Shown: positions 1-12,684, counted from the first letter of the stretch. The stretch is 20,000 bases of DNA from an uncultured archaeon (GCA_964430885.1 CAYSHM010000002.1:139794-159793), one strand, 5' to 3'. The notes: generated by a model from the sequence alone, not told the origin. Made by a program: numbers and translations.

Positions 1-432
1 GGTTTCGGTTTCTCCCAGTATATAGAAATCTTTAGCCTGTTTCATCATCAGCTCCAGATGTGATGATGAGTAGGAGCACATCACCTCTATCCGCTCTGCT
101 TTCTCTTTCAGAGATACTACTTCAGGTTCTCCCGGAAGTACCTCCAGTATATCCCTGAACGCGGATATGGCCTCTCTTGCGAAATGGGAAATCTGCTCAA
201 CATCCTCGTCTTCTTTGATGAATGCCGAGGCGATGTTCAGCTGATTCTTACCGTATCTGAGCTTTTCCTGAAAGTTGAATGTTTTCTCCTCTGTCCGTTC
301 AGGGATGATGCCATCCGATTCTAGCTCATGAACCTGATCATTATAGCTGATCCCGGAGGCCTTAACTCCCTCCTCTCCGCTCAGCTTCTCGGCTGAATCG
401 GTATTTCCATCTATGCTTTCTTTATCTTCCAT
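1..432 (-). CDS. Hypothetical protein, N-terminal part only (runs off the window start)
   Basis: Reverse strand reads ATG at 432..430 and stays open to position 1: MEDKESIDGNTDSAEKLSGEEGVKASGISYNDQVHELESDGIIPERTEEKTFNFQEKLRYGKNQLNIASAFIKEDEDVEQISHFAREAISAFRDILEVLPGEPEVV... No stop in frame; acidic and helix-rich. Missing from the supplied track, probably because it is truncated. Confidence 0.65.
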   Translation of the reverse strand, partial: MEDKESIDGNTDSAEKLSGEEGVKASGISYNDQVHELESDGIIPERTEEKTFNFQEKLRYGKNQLNIASAFIKEDEDVEQISHFAREAISAFRDILEVLPGEPEVVSLKEKAERIEVMCSYSSSHLELMMKQAKDFYILGETET

Positions 433-680
433 TTACTGTCCTCTGTCTTTATCAATGATTTACTGTTCATATGGTAAAATAACTGTGGGACAAAACTATT
501 GAAAACCCTAACTAATTAATGACAAATAATGCTTTTTATTTAATTCTTTTGCAACTGCGGTAATGAGTGAAAATACAAGCAATGATTTCAGAGGTTAAAA
601 AAATTCTTTTCAATCTACTTTATCGGCTTTAAGCGGTGATAATGATGAATAAATCAATAACTGATGGAGATATTTAGGGG

Positions 681-1964
681 ATGCCGATAATATTGGGGAT
701 GATGACCATGGATTATCATGTTAATGAGAAGTCGGATTTGAAGGAAGGAAAGACCAGGATCCAATGGGCCGGCACGGAAATGCCGGTCCTTGCACTGATA
801 AAGGAACGTTTCAGAAAAGAAAAAACTTTAAAGGGGATACGGATTTCAGCATGCCTTCATGTTACCTCAGAGACCGCTAACCTATGCATAGCCCTGAAGG
901 AAGGCGGAGCTGAAGTTGCTCTATGCGCTTCTAATCCCCTTTCCACCTGCGACAGTGTTGCACACTCCCTTGTAAAGGATCACGGGGTCAGTGTTTTTGC
1001 GGTCCATGGGGAAGACAACGATACATACTACGATCATATTTCCAGCGTACTGGACATCAAGCCCAATATAACCATGGACGACGGCGGAGATCTTGTTTCC
1101 TTCATACACAAGGACAGGAGGGAACTTTTAGAGACCATACTTGCCGGTACCGAGGAGACCACAACCGGTGTCAAGCGCTTCAAGAACATGGAGAGGGACG
1201 GGGTGCTGGAATATCCGGTCATAGCTGTCAACGATGCGCTTACAAAATATCTTTTCGACAACCGGTACGGAACCGGCCAGAGCACTATAGACGGTATTCT
1301 CAGGGCCACCAATATCCTGCTTGCAGGACGCAAGTTCGTGGTAGCAGGCTACGGCTGGTGCGGCCGTGGCATTGCCCAAAGGGCCAGGGGTATGGGTGCC
1401 CATGTTGTGGTAACCGAGGTGGATCCTGTCCGGGCACTTGAAGCTCACATGGATGGTTTCACCGTTCAGAAGATGGATGAGGCCGTGAAGAGCGGAGAGA
1501 TATTCGTCACTGCTACTGGTAATACATCTCTAATAACCGAAGAACATTTCGAGCATATGAAGGACGGTGCTATCATGGCCAATTCAGGGCATTTCAATGT
1601 TGAGATCCAGGTCGAGGCCTTGGAGAAGATCAGTGTTGGCAAGAAGAAGATCCGCTCTGAAATAACCGAGTACACATTGGGTGACGGCAGGAAATTGTAT
1701 GTTCTTGGTAGCGGCAGGCTCATCAATCTCGCGGCAGCAGAGGGCCATCCCGCAGCGGTCATGGATATGTCCTTTGCTAACCAGGCACTGTGCGTGGAAC
1801 ATATTGTCGTGGAGCATTCAAACCTGGATAACCGTGTCTACAAGGTTCCGGACTGCATAGATAAGCAGGTCGCAGAGCTGAAGTTGGAGGCACTGGGTGT
1901 TTCCATCGACAGCCTCACCGAAGAACAGAACCAATATTTATGCGGCTGGAAAACAGGCACATAA
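681..1964 (+). CDS. ahcY: Adenosylhomocysteinase (S-adenosyl-L-homocysteine hydrolase)
   Basis: 427-aa ORF with family-typical segments: [12 protein letters not shown], the [24 protein letters not shown]-binding motif, [28 protein letters not shown], and the C-terminal [22 protein letters not shown]. The exact start is uncertain because several ATGs lie near the 5' end. Confidence 0.96.
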   Translation: MPIILGMMTMDYHVNEKSDLKEGKTRIQWAGTEMPVLALIKERFRKEKTLKGIRISACLHVTSETANLCIALKEGGAEVALCASNPLSTCDSVAHSLVKDHGVSVFAVHGEDNDTYYDHISSVLDIKPNITMDDGGDLVSFIHKDRRELLETILAGTEETTTGVKRFKNMERDGVLEYPVIAVNDALTKYLFDNRYGTGQSTIDGILRATNILLAGRKFVVAGYGWCGRGIAQRARGMGAHVVVTEVDPVRALEAHMDGFTVQKMDEAVKSGEIFVTATGNTSLITEEHFEHMKDGAIMANSGHFNVEIQVEALEKISVGKKKIRSEITEYTLGDGRKLYVLGSGRLINLAAAEGHPAAVMDMSFANQALCVEHIVVEHSNLDNRVYKVPDCIDKQVAELKLEALGVSIDSLTEEQNQYLCGWKTGT

Positions 1965-1993
1965 AAGGGAAATACCAATCGGGATGCGCTATC

Positions 1994-2710
1994 ATGTCAG
2001 AAGGTGTCGGTGACAAATTCCAGAAAAAGACGAAATATCGAAGGTTCAAGCTCCCACTTGGAATTCCGAGACCAAATCGCTCATCCCCTTTCAAATCTTA
2101 CCCGGGCACGAAAAAAATATCTCTGCCTGAACCATCAACGGCTCAAAAAGAGTTTGATAGGATTGTCTCTGATAGAAGGAGCATAAGAAACTTTTCCACT
2201 ACGCCACTGGAATCGGATGAACTCTCCTATTTGCTCTGGGCCACCCAGGGGATCACCGGCAGATCTCCGGTCCTTAGAGCTTCCCCTTCGGCCGGAGCAC
2301 TTCACCCTTTAGAAACCTACCTCTGTGTTAACCGTGTGAACGATATTGAACCCGGGATCTATCATTATGACCTAAGGAACCATCAGATGGAACAGCTCGG
2401 AAAAAAGAAGATGTTGCCTTCTCTTGCCGATGCCTGCCTTGGCCAGGGAATGGTAGTGGACTGCGGAGTGGTTTTCATTTGGAGCGCCGTCTTTGACAGA
2501 ACCCTTTTCAAGTACGGTCAGAGAGGTTACAGATATGTATATCTGGATGCGGGCCATGCAGGTCATGCTCTCCAGCTTGCAGCAGAAGGGTTGGATCTGG
2601 CCTCATGCAATATTGGGGCTTTCTATGATGATGAGGTGAATGAGGTTCTGGAATTGGACGGGGAAAATGAAAGTGCGGTTTACCTGTGCACTGTAGGAAA
2701 TAAAAAATAA
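1994..2710 (+). CDS. SagB/ThcOx-type FMN-dependent nitroreductase family protein
   Basis: The ORF track gives 1940..2710, but the ATG at 1994 avoids overlap with ahcY. Sequence RRSIRNFSTTPLESDELSYLLWATQGITG...LRASPSAGALHPLETYLCVNRVNDIEPGIYHYDLRNHQMEQL matches the SagB-type nitroreductase pattern (RRS.R.F, PSAGALHP.E.Y, PGIYHY). Confidence 0.88.
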   Translation: MSEGVGDKFQKKTKYRRFKLPLGIPRPNRSSPFKSYPGTKKISLPEPSTAQKEFDRIVSDRRSIRNFSTTPLESDELSYLLWATQGITGRSPVLRASPSAGALHPLETYLCVNRVNDIEPGIYHYDLRNHQMEQLGKKKMLPSLADACLGQGMVVDCGVVFIWSAVFDRTLFKYGQRGYRYVYLDAGHAGHALQLAAEGLDLASCNIGAFYDDEVNEVLELDGENESAVYLCTVGNKK

Positions 2711-2759
2711 GGAAACGAATACCGAATGATCCCACTCCATATTGTGCGCTCGTTATTTT

Positions 2760-3683
2760 TCAGATTTCCGAAGGAATAGACTTTTCCTTCTTCTCTCCCT
2801 CGTTGTTCTTTGCCTTGTATCTCTGCAGAATGATACCTCCCACAATAAATACCAATCCGATGAGGGTAGAGGCGAATATGTCTTCCTTAAGTATGAAGTG
2901 GATGAGGACCAGTGATATGAAGGGTGATAGGTAGATCAGGTTGCCCACCTTGGCAGTCGTGGATGCCATTTTCAATGCATTTAGCCACAGAACAAAAGTG
3001 ATTCCCATCTCAAATAGACCTATGTAAACCAGGATGATAATGGAGCTGTCCAGATGTATTTCTGAATTGCCCGTAAATATTACAACAAAAATGGAGAAAA
3101 GGGTGCCGAAAACAAAGTTTAGGAAGAGCTTCACAACCCCGTCCCTCTCCTCTTTCATGTTGAATATCCAGTACAGAGCCCATATTACCGAGGATCCGAC
3201 TGCCAAACTTACTCCCAGAGGGTTTGACAATTTCATAGCTGCAATTTCCCCCCTAGTGCCTATAATGATTACTCCGATAAAACTGATAATGACTGCAATA
3301 AGATCCCTGGTCTTGATCTTCTGTTTCAGTATTATGATGGAAAGGATGACGAGTGTAAGAGGCCAGGTATAGTTCAATGTTTGAGCTTCCTGGGCAGGCA
3401 GTATATCGTAGGCCTTGAATAGTATGATATAGTACAGAAATGGATTTAGAAGGCCCATGCCGGCTGAATGCACGAAATCCCTTTTTTTGAAATCCATCAG
3501 AAGCGTCATCTTTTTCTGGATCAGAATTACAATTAATAATCCCAGGGCTGAGAAGAAAGAGGACCAGAAAAGGAGCTGGATGAAATTCACCGACCGAAGT
3601 GCCAGTTTGAATGCTGTGGCCACTGTGGACCAAAACATGACGGCAGATATGGCAAAGATATAGGCCTTCCGGGAATCCTTCAT
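2760..3683 (-). CDS. EamA/DMT-superfamily transporter (drug/metabolite exporter)
   Basis: 307 aa with about 10 hydrophobic helices in the EamA arrangement: ISAVMFWSTVATAFKLAL, LNYTWPLTLVILS...GVIIIGTRG, and the repeat-2 WALYWIFNMK...LSPFISLVLIHFILKEDIFASTLIGLVFIVGGIILQRY. Confidence 0.9.
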   Translation of the reverse strand: MKDSRKAYIFAISAVMFWSTVATAFKLALRSVNFIQLLFWSSFFSALGLLIVILIQKKMTLLMDFKKRDFVHSAGMGLLNPFLYYIILFKAYDILPAQEAQTLNYTWPLTLVILSIIILKQKIKTRDLIAVIISFIGVIIIGTRGEIAAMKLSNPLGVSLAVGSSVIWALYWIFNMKEERDGVVKLFLNFVFGTLFSIFVVIFTGNSEIHLDSSIIILVYIGLFEMGITFVLWLNALKMASTTAKVGNLIYLSPFISLVLIHFILKEDIFASTLIGLVFIVGGIILQRYKAKNNEGEKKEKSIPSEI

Positions 3684-3882
3684 AAAGGGAAATGGGTCAT
3701 AAGTGTATTTATATCCATTGATACAAAGTCATGTCGGCTATTTTACAGCTTTTTTACCTGTTTGATAGTATGGACCCTCATTTCAAATATTTTTGAGTCA
3801 TTTAACTAATAAAATATTTTACCAGTTCGATCAAATGTTTATATTTATTTCATTTTAATAATTCAATACTATCGGTGCCTCA

Positions 3883-4962
3883 ATGACAGAAAAGAAGATA
3901 TCCGCTGTATCCATCATCAGGAGCGAATATGACAGCATAGATGTGGGAAAGCTGCTAGAACCTCTAGGCGGTCTGGAGAAATGGGTCAAAAAAGGAGAAA
4001 AGGTACTTCTGAAGATAAACATGCTAAACGGTAAAGGTCCCAAAAGCGCAGTCACCACCCATCCGTCAGTAGTCCGCTCTATCGGTCTTGCAGTAAAGAA
4101 GGCCGGATGTGTACCAATAATCGGGGATTCTTCGGGGGGCACATTTTCCAAGAGAAGGCTAAAGGCCAACTATCGGTCGGCAGGATATGAGGAGATCTCC
4201 AAGAAGTATGAAATCCCGCTTAATTTTGACACATCTACTAAAAAGGTCAAATTTCAGAATGGGAAGGTATTGAAAAAGACCAAAGTCTGCAATTTTGCCC
4301 TGACCCCTGATAAGATAATAGCCGTTCCCAAGCTCAAGACGCACTCCCTTATGTACATGACCCTGGCCACCAAGATAATGTATGGTGTGATACCGGGTCT
4401 GGCCAAAGCAAAATACCATGCCAAGTTCCCTACTAGAAGCAAGTTCGCAGAGGCTCTTATAGATATACTGGAGAAGGTGCCGCCTACCCTCATTATACTT
4501 GATGGGATAGTTGCAATGGAAGGTAACGGTCCCAACAGCGGGAGGCCTGTGAAGCTAGGTGTTATGATGGCTTCAACCGATGCTGTTGCTATGGATATTG
4601 CAGTTTGTGAGATGTTGGGACTTCAGCCTGTTGGTATTCCTTCTTTGAAACAGGCCAAGCTCAGGGGGATGTGGCCGGATGAGATTGAATATCCTCAGCT
4701 TTCGCCGGAAGATGTTAAGGTCAAGAACTTCGAATTTCCCAGTTCAATGAGCGACCTGGCCGCAAAAGGCAAAGGGACTGAAAAAGGCGGTAAACGGCCC
4801 CGTCCCAATGAGAAGTGCATAGCCTGCGGTGAATGTGTCCGGATCTGCCCCAAGGACGCTATAGCCATTGTGAGGAAGAGGGCTAAGGTTGAGGATGGCG
4901 AATGTATCCGCTGCTACTGCTGTCATGAGATATGCCCAGTATACGCAATAGATCTTAAGTGA
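3883..4962 (+). CDS. DUF362 domain protein with C-terminal two-cluster [4Fe-4S] ferredoxin domain
   Basis: Contains VLLKINMLNGKGPKSAVTTHPSVVRSIGLAVKKAG, VPKLKTHSLMYMTLATKIMYGVIPG and LIILDGIVAMEGNGPNSG (DUF362-typical), plus CIACGECVRICPKDAI and CIRCYCCHEICPVYAI cluster motifs. Confidence 0.92.
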   Translation: MTEKKISAVSIIRSEYDSIDVGKLLEPLGGLEKWVKKGEKVLLKINMLNGKGPKSAVTTHPSVVRSIGLAVKKAGCVPIIGDSSGGTFSKRRLKANYRSAGYEEISKKYEIPLNFDTSTKKVKFQNGKVLKKTKVCNFALTPDKIIAVPKLKTHSLMYMTLATKIMYGVIPGLAKAKYHAKFPTRSKFAEALIDILEKVPPTLIILDGIVAMEGNGPNSGRPVKLGVMMASTDAVAMDIAVCEMLGLQPVGIPSLKQAKLRGMWPDEIEYPQLSPEDVKVKNFEFPSSMSDLAAKGKGTEKGGKRPRPNEKCIACGECVRICPKDAIAIVRKRAKVEDGECIRCYCCHEICPVYAIDLK

Positions 4963-4992
4963 GATGGGTGTTGTATGAAATAATGCTTGTTT

Positions 4993-7308
4993 TTATCCTG
5001 CAGTCCTTTCTCTAAGGGTCTTCTCTGTGTCAACCTTTCTCTGGTACCTAATAGGAACTACTGAGGAAAACAGCACTACGGCAATCCCGGATACCAGCGT
5101 GATGATAGTGGCGCCCATGATGAAGATCACGGGATATGTGAACAGTATCTTTGCCATCACAAGGGCGAATATCTTTGCAAACAGGTAGGCCAGGGGTACT
5201 CCGATGATTCCAGACAGAATACCAAGCACACCCATTTCCAGCAGTATGCTCTTGGCTACCTTCCATTTAGTTATGCCAAGAGTACTCAGGGTAGCGAATT
5301 CCACATCCCGCTCCATTGTGGATATGATAACCGCGGATGCGGATACTACGAAGGTTATTGATGCGCTGATCACAAAGAACGTGTAAAATATACCGTTTGC
5401 TGTGCTGAGGAGTTCGTCAAAGGACTCCGCAATTTGATCCTTGACGGATACCTTGATCACCGAGGGATGGAGACGAAGGGCGCCAGCGTATTCCTCCGTC
5501 ATGGCCGGGTTTTTCAGCTTGATGTATATCCCTGTGCAGTTTTCAGGGGAGAAGAATGCATCCAGATTATCCTCATTGGTGTAGACCGCCTGCTGAACGA
5601 TATCGTTGACTATTGCGCTTACCTCGATATCCGCTACAATGGGACCTACGCTGAGGGTTATCATATCTCCAACACCCGCACCGGTCTCGTCTGCAACCTT
5701 GTTGGTTATCACTGCTTTATCCAGATCCACGCTGCCTTTCATCACATTAAAATCCCTTGCCTTTTCTATTTCCCCGCACCCAAGGAAGGTGGCACCTGTT
5801 GAATGCGATCCATGATCAACTGAACCGCTTATGCCCGTATAGGGGATGATGAATTCGGTCTCGTTCTCAAGATATATTTCTATTTGGTCAAGTTCTTCAA
5901 CGGATACACCGCCGAAGAAGTCGGCTCTCATATCCCATTTATCACTATCTATGCTGTCTTCCACATAACCCCAGGCTGAATCGATCATTATAAGCCATGA
6001 TCCCGACATACCAATTGTCATTCCAACAACAAGAACTGTGATTCCCAGCCTTGTTGGATTTCTTGTGACGTTACGGAGTCCCATAAGGTTTGTCCTAGAC
6101 AGGAAAGAAGGTCCGAACCTTGCTGTAGTTATCTTGCTTCTGGGTTTGTAATCCAAAGCTTCCCGAACACTTGTTCCAGTTATCAGGACCACAGGTATAG
6201 CCACAGAAAGAAGTACAGATATCATCACGAACAAGAAACCAAGAACAAATGGCAGCAAAGAGATGGGGAATGCAATATCGATGCTGCCTATCATCTCCAT
6301 GGTCACATTTGCAATGCCGTAGGAGAATAGAAATGAAAGTAAAATTCCGAAAATCAGACCTATGCTGCCCAGCACCACCCCCAGCAGCAGATAGGCACGG
6401 ATGATCTTTTTACGCTGGTAGCCAAGTGACATCAGGACCCCGATGTATCTGCTGTCGTTGAGCACAAGGCGGTAGGCGGTCATCATTATCGAGATGAATC
6501 CCACGATCATGAATATCACCGAGAACATGGGCATCATGTACTTCATCTTGTCAACGCCCATCTGCATGAAGATCACTGTGAAATGATCCTTCTGAAGGGT
6601 TGTACCTTTTACCGGGAAAGAGCTCAAAGAACCTATGATGGCATCGGAATCCGCTCCGTTTTCCTTGATAATTACGAGGTCGTTTATTCCAGTGACGTTC
6701 ATTATTCCCTGCAGCTCCTCAAGGTCCATGTAAAGGGCAACTACATTTCCAGGGATAGGAACCGAGGTCTCCGCCATGTAGCCGGCCAGGGCATATTCAG
6801 CGTTCTTGACCACTCCGGAAATTGTGATATTGACCTCCTTTCCCCCTATTATGAAATTACCTATCTCGCCTGCATCCGCTCCGTAATCCTCCATTGAGGA
6901 AATCACAACTCCTTCACCCGGTCTTTCAAAAAGAGAACCGGATGCCTTTGTCATCACGTTGATATCCTGTCGGCCAGGATCCCGCATCCCTATAACAAAG
7001 GCAGGGAAGACCTCTCCTTTGTAGGTGTAGAATGCCATTACCTTAAGGCGCATATCGTATGCCTTGATTTGCTGCCGTTCAAGTACTGGCTCAAGTTCGC
7101 TCTCGTTCACAGGCTGGGCGAACTCCACGAAAATGTCCGGCATCATGGAATCCTGAAGCATCACATCAGTACTGTGGTCAAATATCTCAGCAGAATATAG
7201 ACCGGAGATGAACATCGCGGCAGCCATCGCTACAACAAATGAGATGCCCACTGTTCGGAGCTTCATTTTGGATAATTTCCTTATAACCATCAGGTTTATC
7301 TTGTCCAC
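4993..7308 (-). CDS. ABC transporter permease, FtsX/MacB family (two FtsX-like domains)
   Basis: 771 aa; N-terminal TM, periplasmic-type MacB_PCD-like region, FtsX domain (IFMIVGFISIMMTAYRLVLNDSRYIGVLMSLGYQRKKIIRAYLLLGVVLG), then a second one (ISTMERDVEFATLSTLGITKWKVAKSILLEMGVLG). Start codon is GTG at 7308..7306 preceded by a GAGGGG Shine-Dalgarno-like stretch. Confidence 0.93.
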   Translation of the reverse strand: MDKINLMVIRKLSKMKLRTVGISFVVAMAAAMFISGLYSAEIFDHSTDVMLQDSMMPDIFVEFAQPVNESELEPVLERQQIKAYDMRLKVMAFYTYKGEVFPAFVIGMRDPGRQDINVMTKASGSLFERPGEGVVISSMEDYGADAGEIGNFIIGGKEVNITISGVVKNAEYALAGYMAETSVPIPGNVVALYMDLEELQGIMNVTGINDLVIIKENGADSDAIIGSLSSFPVKGTTLQKDHFTVIFMQMGVDKMKYMMPMFSVIFMIVGFISIMMTAYRLVLNDSRYIGVLMSLGYQRKKIIRAYLLLGVVLGSIGLIFGILLSFLFSYGIANVTMEMIGSIDIAFPISLLPFVLGFLFVMISVLLSVAIPVVLITGTSVREALDYKPRSKITTARFGPSFLSRTNLMGLRNVTRNPTRLGITVLVVGMTIGMSGSWLIMIDSAWGYVEDSIDSDKWDMRADFFGGVSVEELDQIEIYLENETEFIIPYTGISGSVDHGSHSTGATFLGCGEIEKARDFNVMKGSVDLDKAVITNKVADETGAGVGDMITLSVGPIVADIEVSAIVNDIVQQAVYTNEDNLDAFFSPENCTGIYIKLKNPAMTEEYAGALRLHPSVIKVSVKDQIAESFDELLSTANGIFYTFFVISASITFVVSASAVIISTMERDVEFATLSTLGITKWKVAKSILLEMGVLGILSGIIGVPLAYLFAKIFALVMAKILFTYPVIFIMGATIITLVSGIAVVLFSSVVPIRYQRKVDTEKTLRERTAG

Positions 7309-7324
7309 GAAAATCCCCTCATTA

Positions 7325-8002
7325 TCAGTTATCTGGTTTCAGTACTCCCTTTCTGAGAACCAAAGTTCGGTCCACATACTGCTTGAGCCTTGTGTTATGG
7401 GATACTATAAGAAAGGTCATCCCTAACTCGTGCTGGAGCCTGTTCATAAGCTTCATCACGGAACTCTCTCTTTCCTCGTCCAGGTTCCCAGTGGGCTCGT
7501 CTGCCAGGATCAGGGAAGGTTCTTTGGAAAGAGCCCTTGCCACTGCAACCCTCTGCTGCTCTCCGCCGGAAAGCTCCTGGGGAAAATTCTTGAGCTTGTC
7601 ACCGAGACCCACCAGTTCTAGATATTTTACCGCCTGATTCTTGATCTTCTTTTTATCCTTCATTATCTGCTCAAGTCCCAGTTCCACATTCTCAAGGGCT
7701 GTAAGCGTGGGAATAAGGTTGTAGAATTGGAAGATGAATCCTACCTTGTCACGGCGGAACAGCAGGGACCTTTTCTTGTCCAGTTTGTTTATCTTTTTTC
7801 CAGATATCTCCACCGAGCCATTGTCCGCTCTGTCTATAGCCCCCAGTATGTTGAGGAGGGTTGTCTTTCCGGAACCTGAAGGCCCCATGATCATGACCAT
7901 CTCACCTTTCTTCAGAAAAAGGTCTAGTCCGCTTAATACTTTGGTGGTTTCCGAGCCGCTCTTATAGCTTTTATAAAGTTCTTTCACTTCAACGGTATCC
8001 AT
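7325..8002 (-). CDS. ABC transporter ATP-binding protein, LolD/MacB type
   Basis: Walker A (GPSGSGKTTLLN), Q-loop (FIFQFYNLIPTLTALENVELGL), signature (LSGGEQQRVAVARAL) and Walker B (LILADEPTGNLDE). The track starts it at 8059, but ATG at 8002 (MDTVEVKELYKSY) is preceded by GAGGT and begins at the conserved domain. Confidence 0.95.
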   Translation of the reverse strand: MDTVEVKELYKSYKSGSETTKVLSGLDLFLKKGEMVMIMGPSGSGKTTLLNILGAIDRADNGSVEISGKKINKLDKKRSLLFRRDKVGFIFQFYNLIPTLTALENVELGLEQIMKDKKKIKNQAVKYLELVGLGDKLKNFPQELSGGEQQRVAVARALSKEPSLILADEPTGNLDEERESSVMKLMNRLQHELGMTFLIVSHNTRLKQYVDRTLVLRKGVLKPDN

Positions 8003-8124
8003 GGGATCTACCTCTTTGTGAATACATGAATTAATAACTGTATAGTATAAGGTACGCAAAGATTTAACTTTATTGTCCCGTTCATGTACGGTAGTTTATA
8101 TATTATTAATGAAATCGGTAAATC

Positions 8125-8787
8125 ATGCGAAAAATGACTATGAAATTCCAACTGGGAAGTATGATAAGAAAATTCTGGGGAAATGCCTTCGATCATATTG
8201 AGAGCATGGAAATGATAGAGATGCTCCGCCTTGATTTTGAGAAAGGGATTAAGGTAGTACTCACGGAGATCATATTGAAGGACGGTTCTGAGATGTCGGA
8301 CCTGAACTGGCCTGTAAAGGTAAAGATGAATGTTCTTCACCAAAATGGAAGTAAATATGTGGTTATCGTCACCGCAAAAGCGCCGTCCGGTGTTTTCAGC
8401 AGGATGTTCAAAAACTTTCAGGCGGATGTGATTTGGACAACTCCCAGTTTTTTTAAATCCGCCGCCGATTCCTTTGAGGCTACGCTGAGCTGTATTGGGG
8501 AGGAGGATGAGCTTAAGAAAGTTCTTCGTACGATAAAACTATTTGGAATTGTTGCAGATGTGTCTTTCAGAAAGGCAGTTTACCAGGAGCATAATCTATT
8601 GACCGTTCTTACTCCTAAACAAAAAGATGTAATTCTGACTGCAAAGAGACTAGGCTATTATGATTATCCTAGAAAGATAGATGCTTCAGGTTTAGCGGTG
8701 GAGGTGGGTATTTCGAAAGCTACCGCGGTGGAACATCTGAGAAAGGCGGAGAACAGGTTGATATCCAATATTCTGGCAGGATATTAG
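8125..8787 (+). CDS. Putative transcriptional regulator with C-terminal bacterioopsin-activator-type HTH (HTH_10)
   Basis: 220 aa ending LTVLTPKQKDVILTAKRLGYYDYPRKIDASGLAVEVGISKATAVEHLRKAENRLISNILAGY, the archaeal HTH_10 pattern. The N-terminal ~150 aa is a putative ligand-sensing domain. Confidence 0.88.
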   Translation: MRKMTMKFQLGSMIRKFWGNAFDHIESMEMIEMLRLDFEKGIKVVLTEIILKDGSEMSDLNWPVKVKMNVLHQNGSKYVVIVTAKAPSGVFSRMFKNFQADVIWTTPSFFKSAADSFEATLSCIGEEDELKKVLRTIKLFGIVADVSFRKAVYQEHNLLTVLTPKQKDVILTAKRLGYYDYPRKIDASGLAVEVGISKATAVEHLRKAENRLISNILAGY

Positions 8788-8894
8788 AAGAACATTATAA
8801 CTTTGGGAATTATATTTAGTATTTTTCAGCGCTCATGTTACTGCTGTATATTTAGCATATCAACTGATAAAGGAAATTTGTTTTACAAAAAGGA

Positions 8895-9028
8895 AAGAAT
8901 GGTGGACAGCGATCCAGGTTCACGTGGACTCGCGTACCACACTACTTAAAGGAACGCATGCAGGCTTAACTTCTGGGTTCGGGATGTTACCAGGTGAGCC
9001 CTGCCGCTCTGGCCGTCCTACCATTCTT
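8895..9028 (-). repeat. 9-bp inverted repeat extending the 5S rRNA terminal helix (probable processing stem)
   Basis: aagaatggt at 8895..8903 and accattctt at 9020..9028 are exact reverse complements. They overlap the 5S ends by 3 nt and extend 6 nt outside. Confidence 0.6.
8901..9022 (-). rRNA. 5S ribosomal RNA
   Basis: The reverse complement reads GGTAGGACGGCCAGAGCGGCAGGGCTCACCTGGTAACATCCCGAACCCAGAAGTTAAGCCTGCATGCG...GAACCTGGATCGCTGTCCACC. It has the 5S-typical CCCGAACCC.GAAGTTAAGCC core and complementary termini, length about 122 nt. Confidence 0.95.
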
Positions 9029-9078
9029 ATATGACATTTATTCAATTATTATATTGAAGTCAATAGGCAAGAAGATAT

Positions 9079-12136
<3,058 letters not shown>

Positions 12137-12411
12137 TTTGGTAATCATTGGGTCCCATAGTTTACCCCGATGGGCCCTATACCCTTACCTGATGGAAACT
12201 TTACTCCTCCAGGCGCACGTTTCTTCTTTAATTGGGTTTCAATATTATAGATTTGAATCCAACTCGGTGATTTACCATAATGGTATTTCAACCTTATGGC
12301 ATGGATACGTCTATTTGCCAAAAAGGCATCATATCCTTGAAATGACCAGAAATTGTTCAACCATGAATAAGTTGAGTTTTCAGGTCTTTTTTTTCACCAC
12401 CTCGAAATTCA

Positions 12412-12420
12412 AAATTTATA
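12412..12420 (-). promoter_or_regulatory. Candidate TATA box for the 23S-5S transcript
   Basis: The reverse complement reads TATAAATTT, about 300 nt upstream of the estimated 23S 5' end, in an otherwise unassigned AT-rich leader. Motif and position only. Confidence 0.35.
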
Positions 12421-12603
12421 GGTCTTTTTTTGGTTCGACCGCCGGGGGATAATCAGGAAGTAAAATAAAAATATTACTGTCCGAATTCCTTTATTTTTCA
12501 TTTACCATATTCATAATGCTGATTAAGATCAAAACAAGGGATTGGCCCTTCGAAAAAACAATGTTTCCTGATTCATTTTGACAATGATTAAATCATATGT
12601 CCC

Positions 12604-12611
12604 TATTATAA
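12604..12611 (+). promoter_or_regulatory. Candidate TATA box for queD-queC
   Basis: Sequence attataaa lies about 75 nt upstream of the preferred queD ATG at 12685. Motif only. Confidence 0.3.
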
Positions 12612-12684
12612 AGAACCTACTAACTATTTGATTGGAATTGATTTCCTTATGGAAGTATCTAGTAATAAATTCGGAAGGTATAAC

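Noticed and set aside
1034-1817. Minus-strand ORFs opposite ahcY (1034..1333, 1128..1448, 1466..1762, 1584..1817)
   Set aside because: They are antisense shadows of a strongly conserved coding sequence, and their translations match no motif.
3034-8343. Antisense ORFs over the DMT transporter, DUF362, ABC permease/ATPase and HTH genes (such as 3034..3372, 3253..3633, 4254..4535, 5434..5802, 6583..6897, 7383..7637, 8008..8343)
   Set aside because: Each lies largely opposite a gene with recognised family motifs, and none has its own motif or a convincing start context.
1940-8787. Possible RiPP or defence island suggested by a SagB-like enzyme, an ABC exporter and a regulator in proximity
   Set aside because: There is no precursor peptide, YcaO, nuclease, helicase, RT or toxin-like gene. 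The intervening genes (DMT transporter, DUF362) are on mixed strands and housekeeping-like.
12145-12360. 71-aa minus-strand ORF in the 23S leader
   Set aside because: It sits between the candidate rRNA promoter and the 23S processing stem, with no family similarity and no clear ribosome-binding site. It is more likely non-coding leader.
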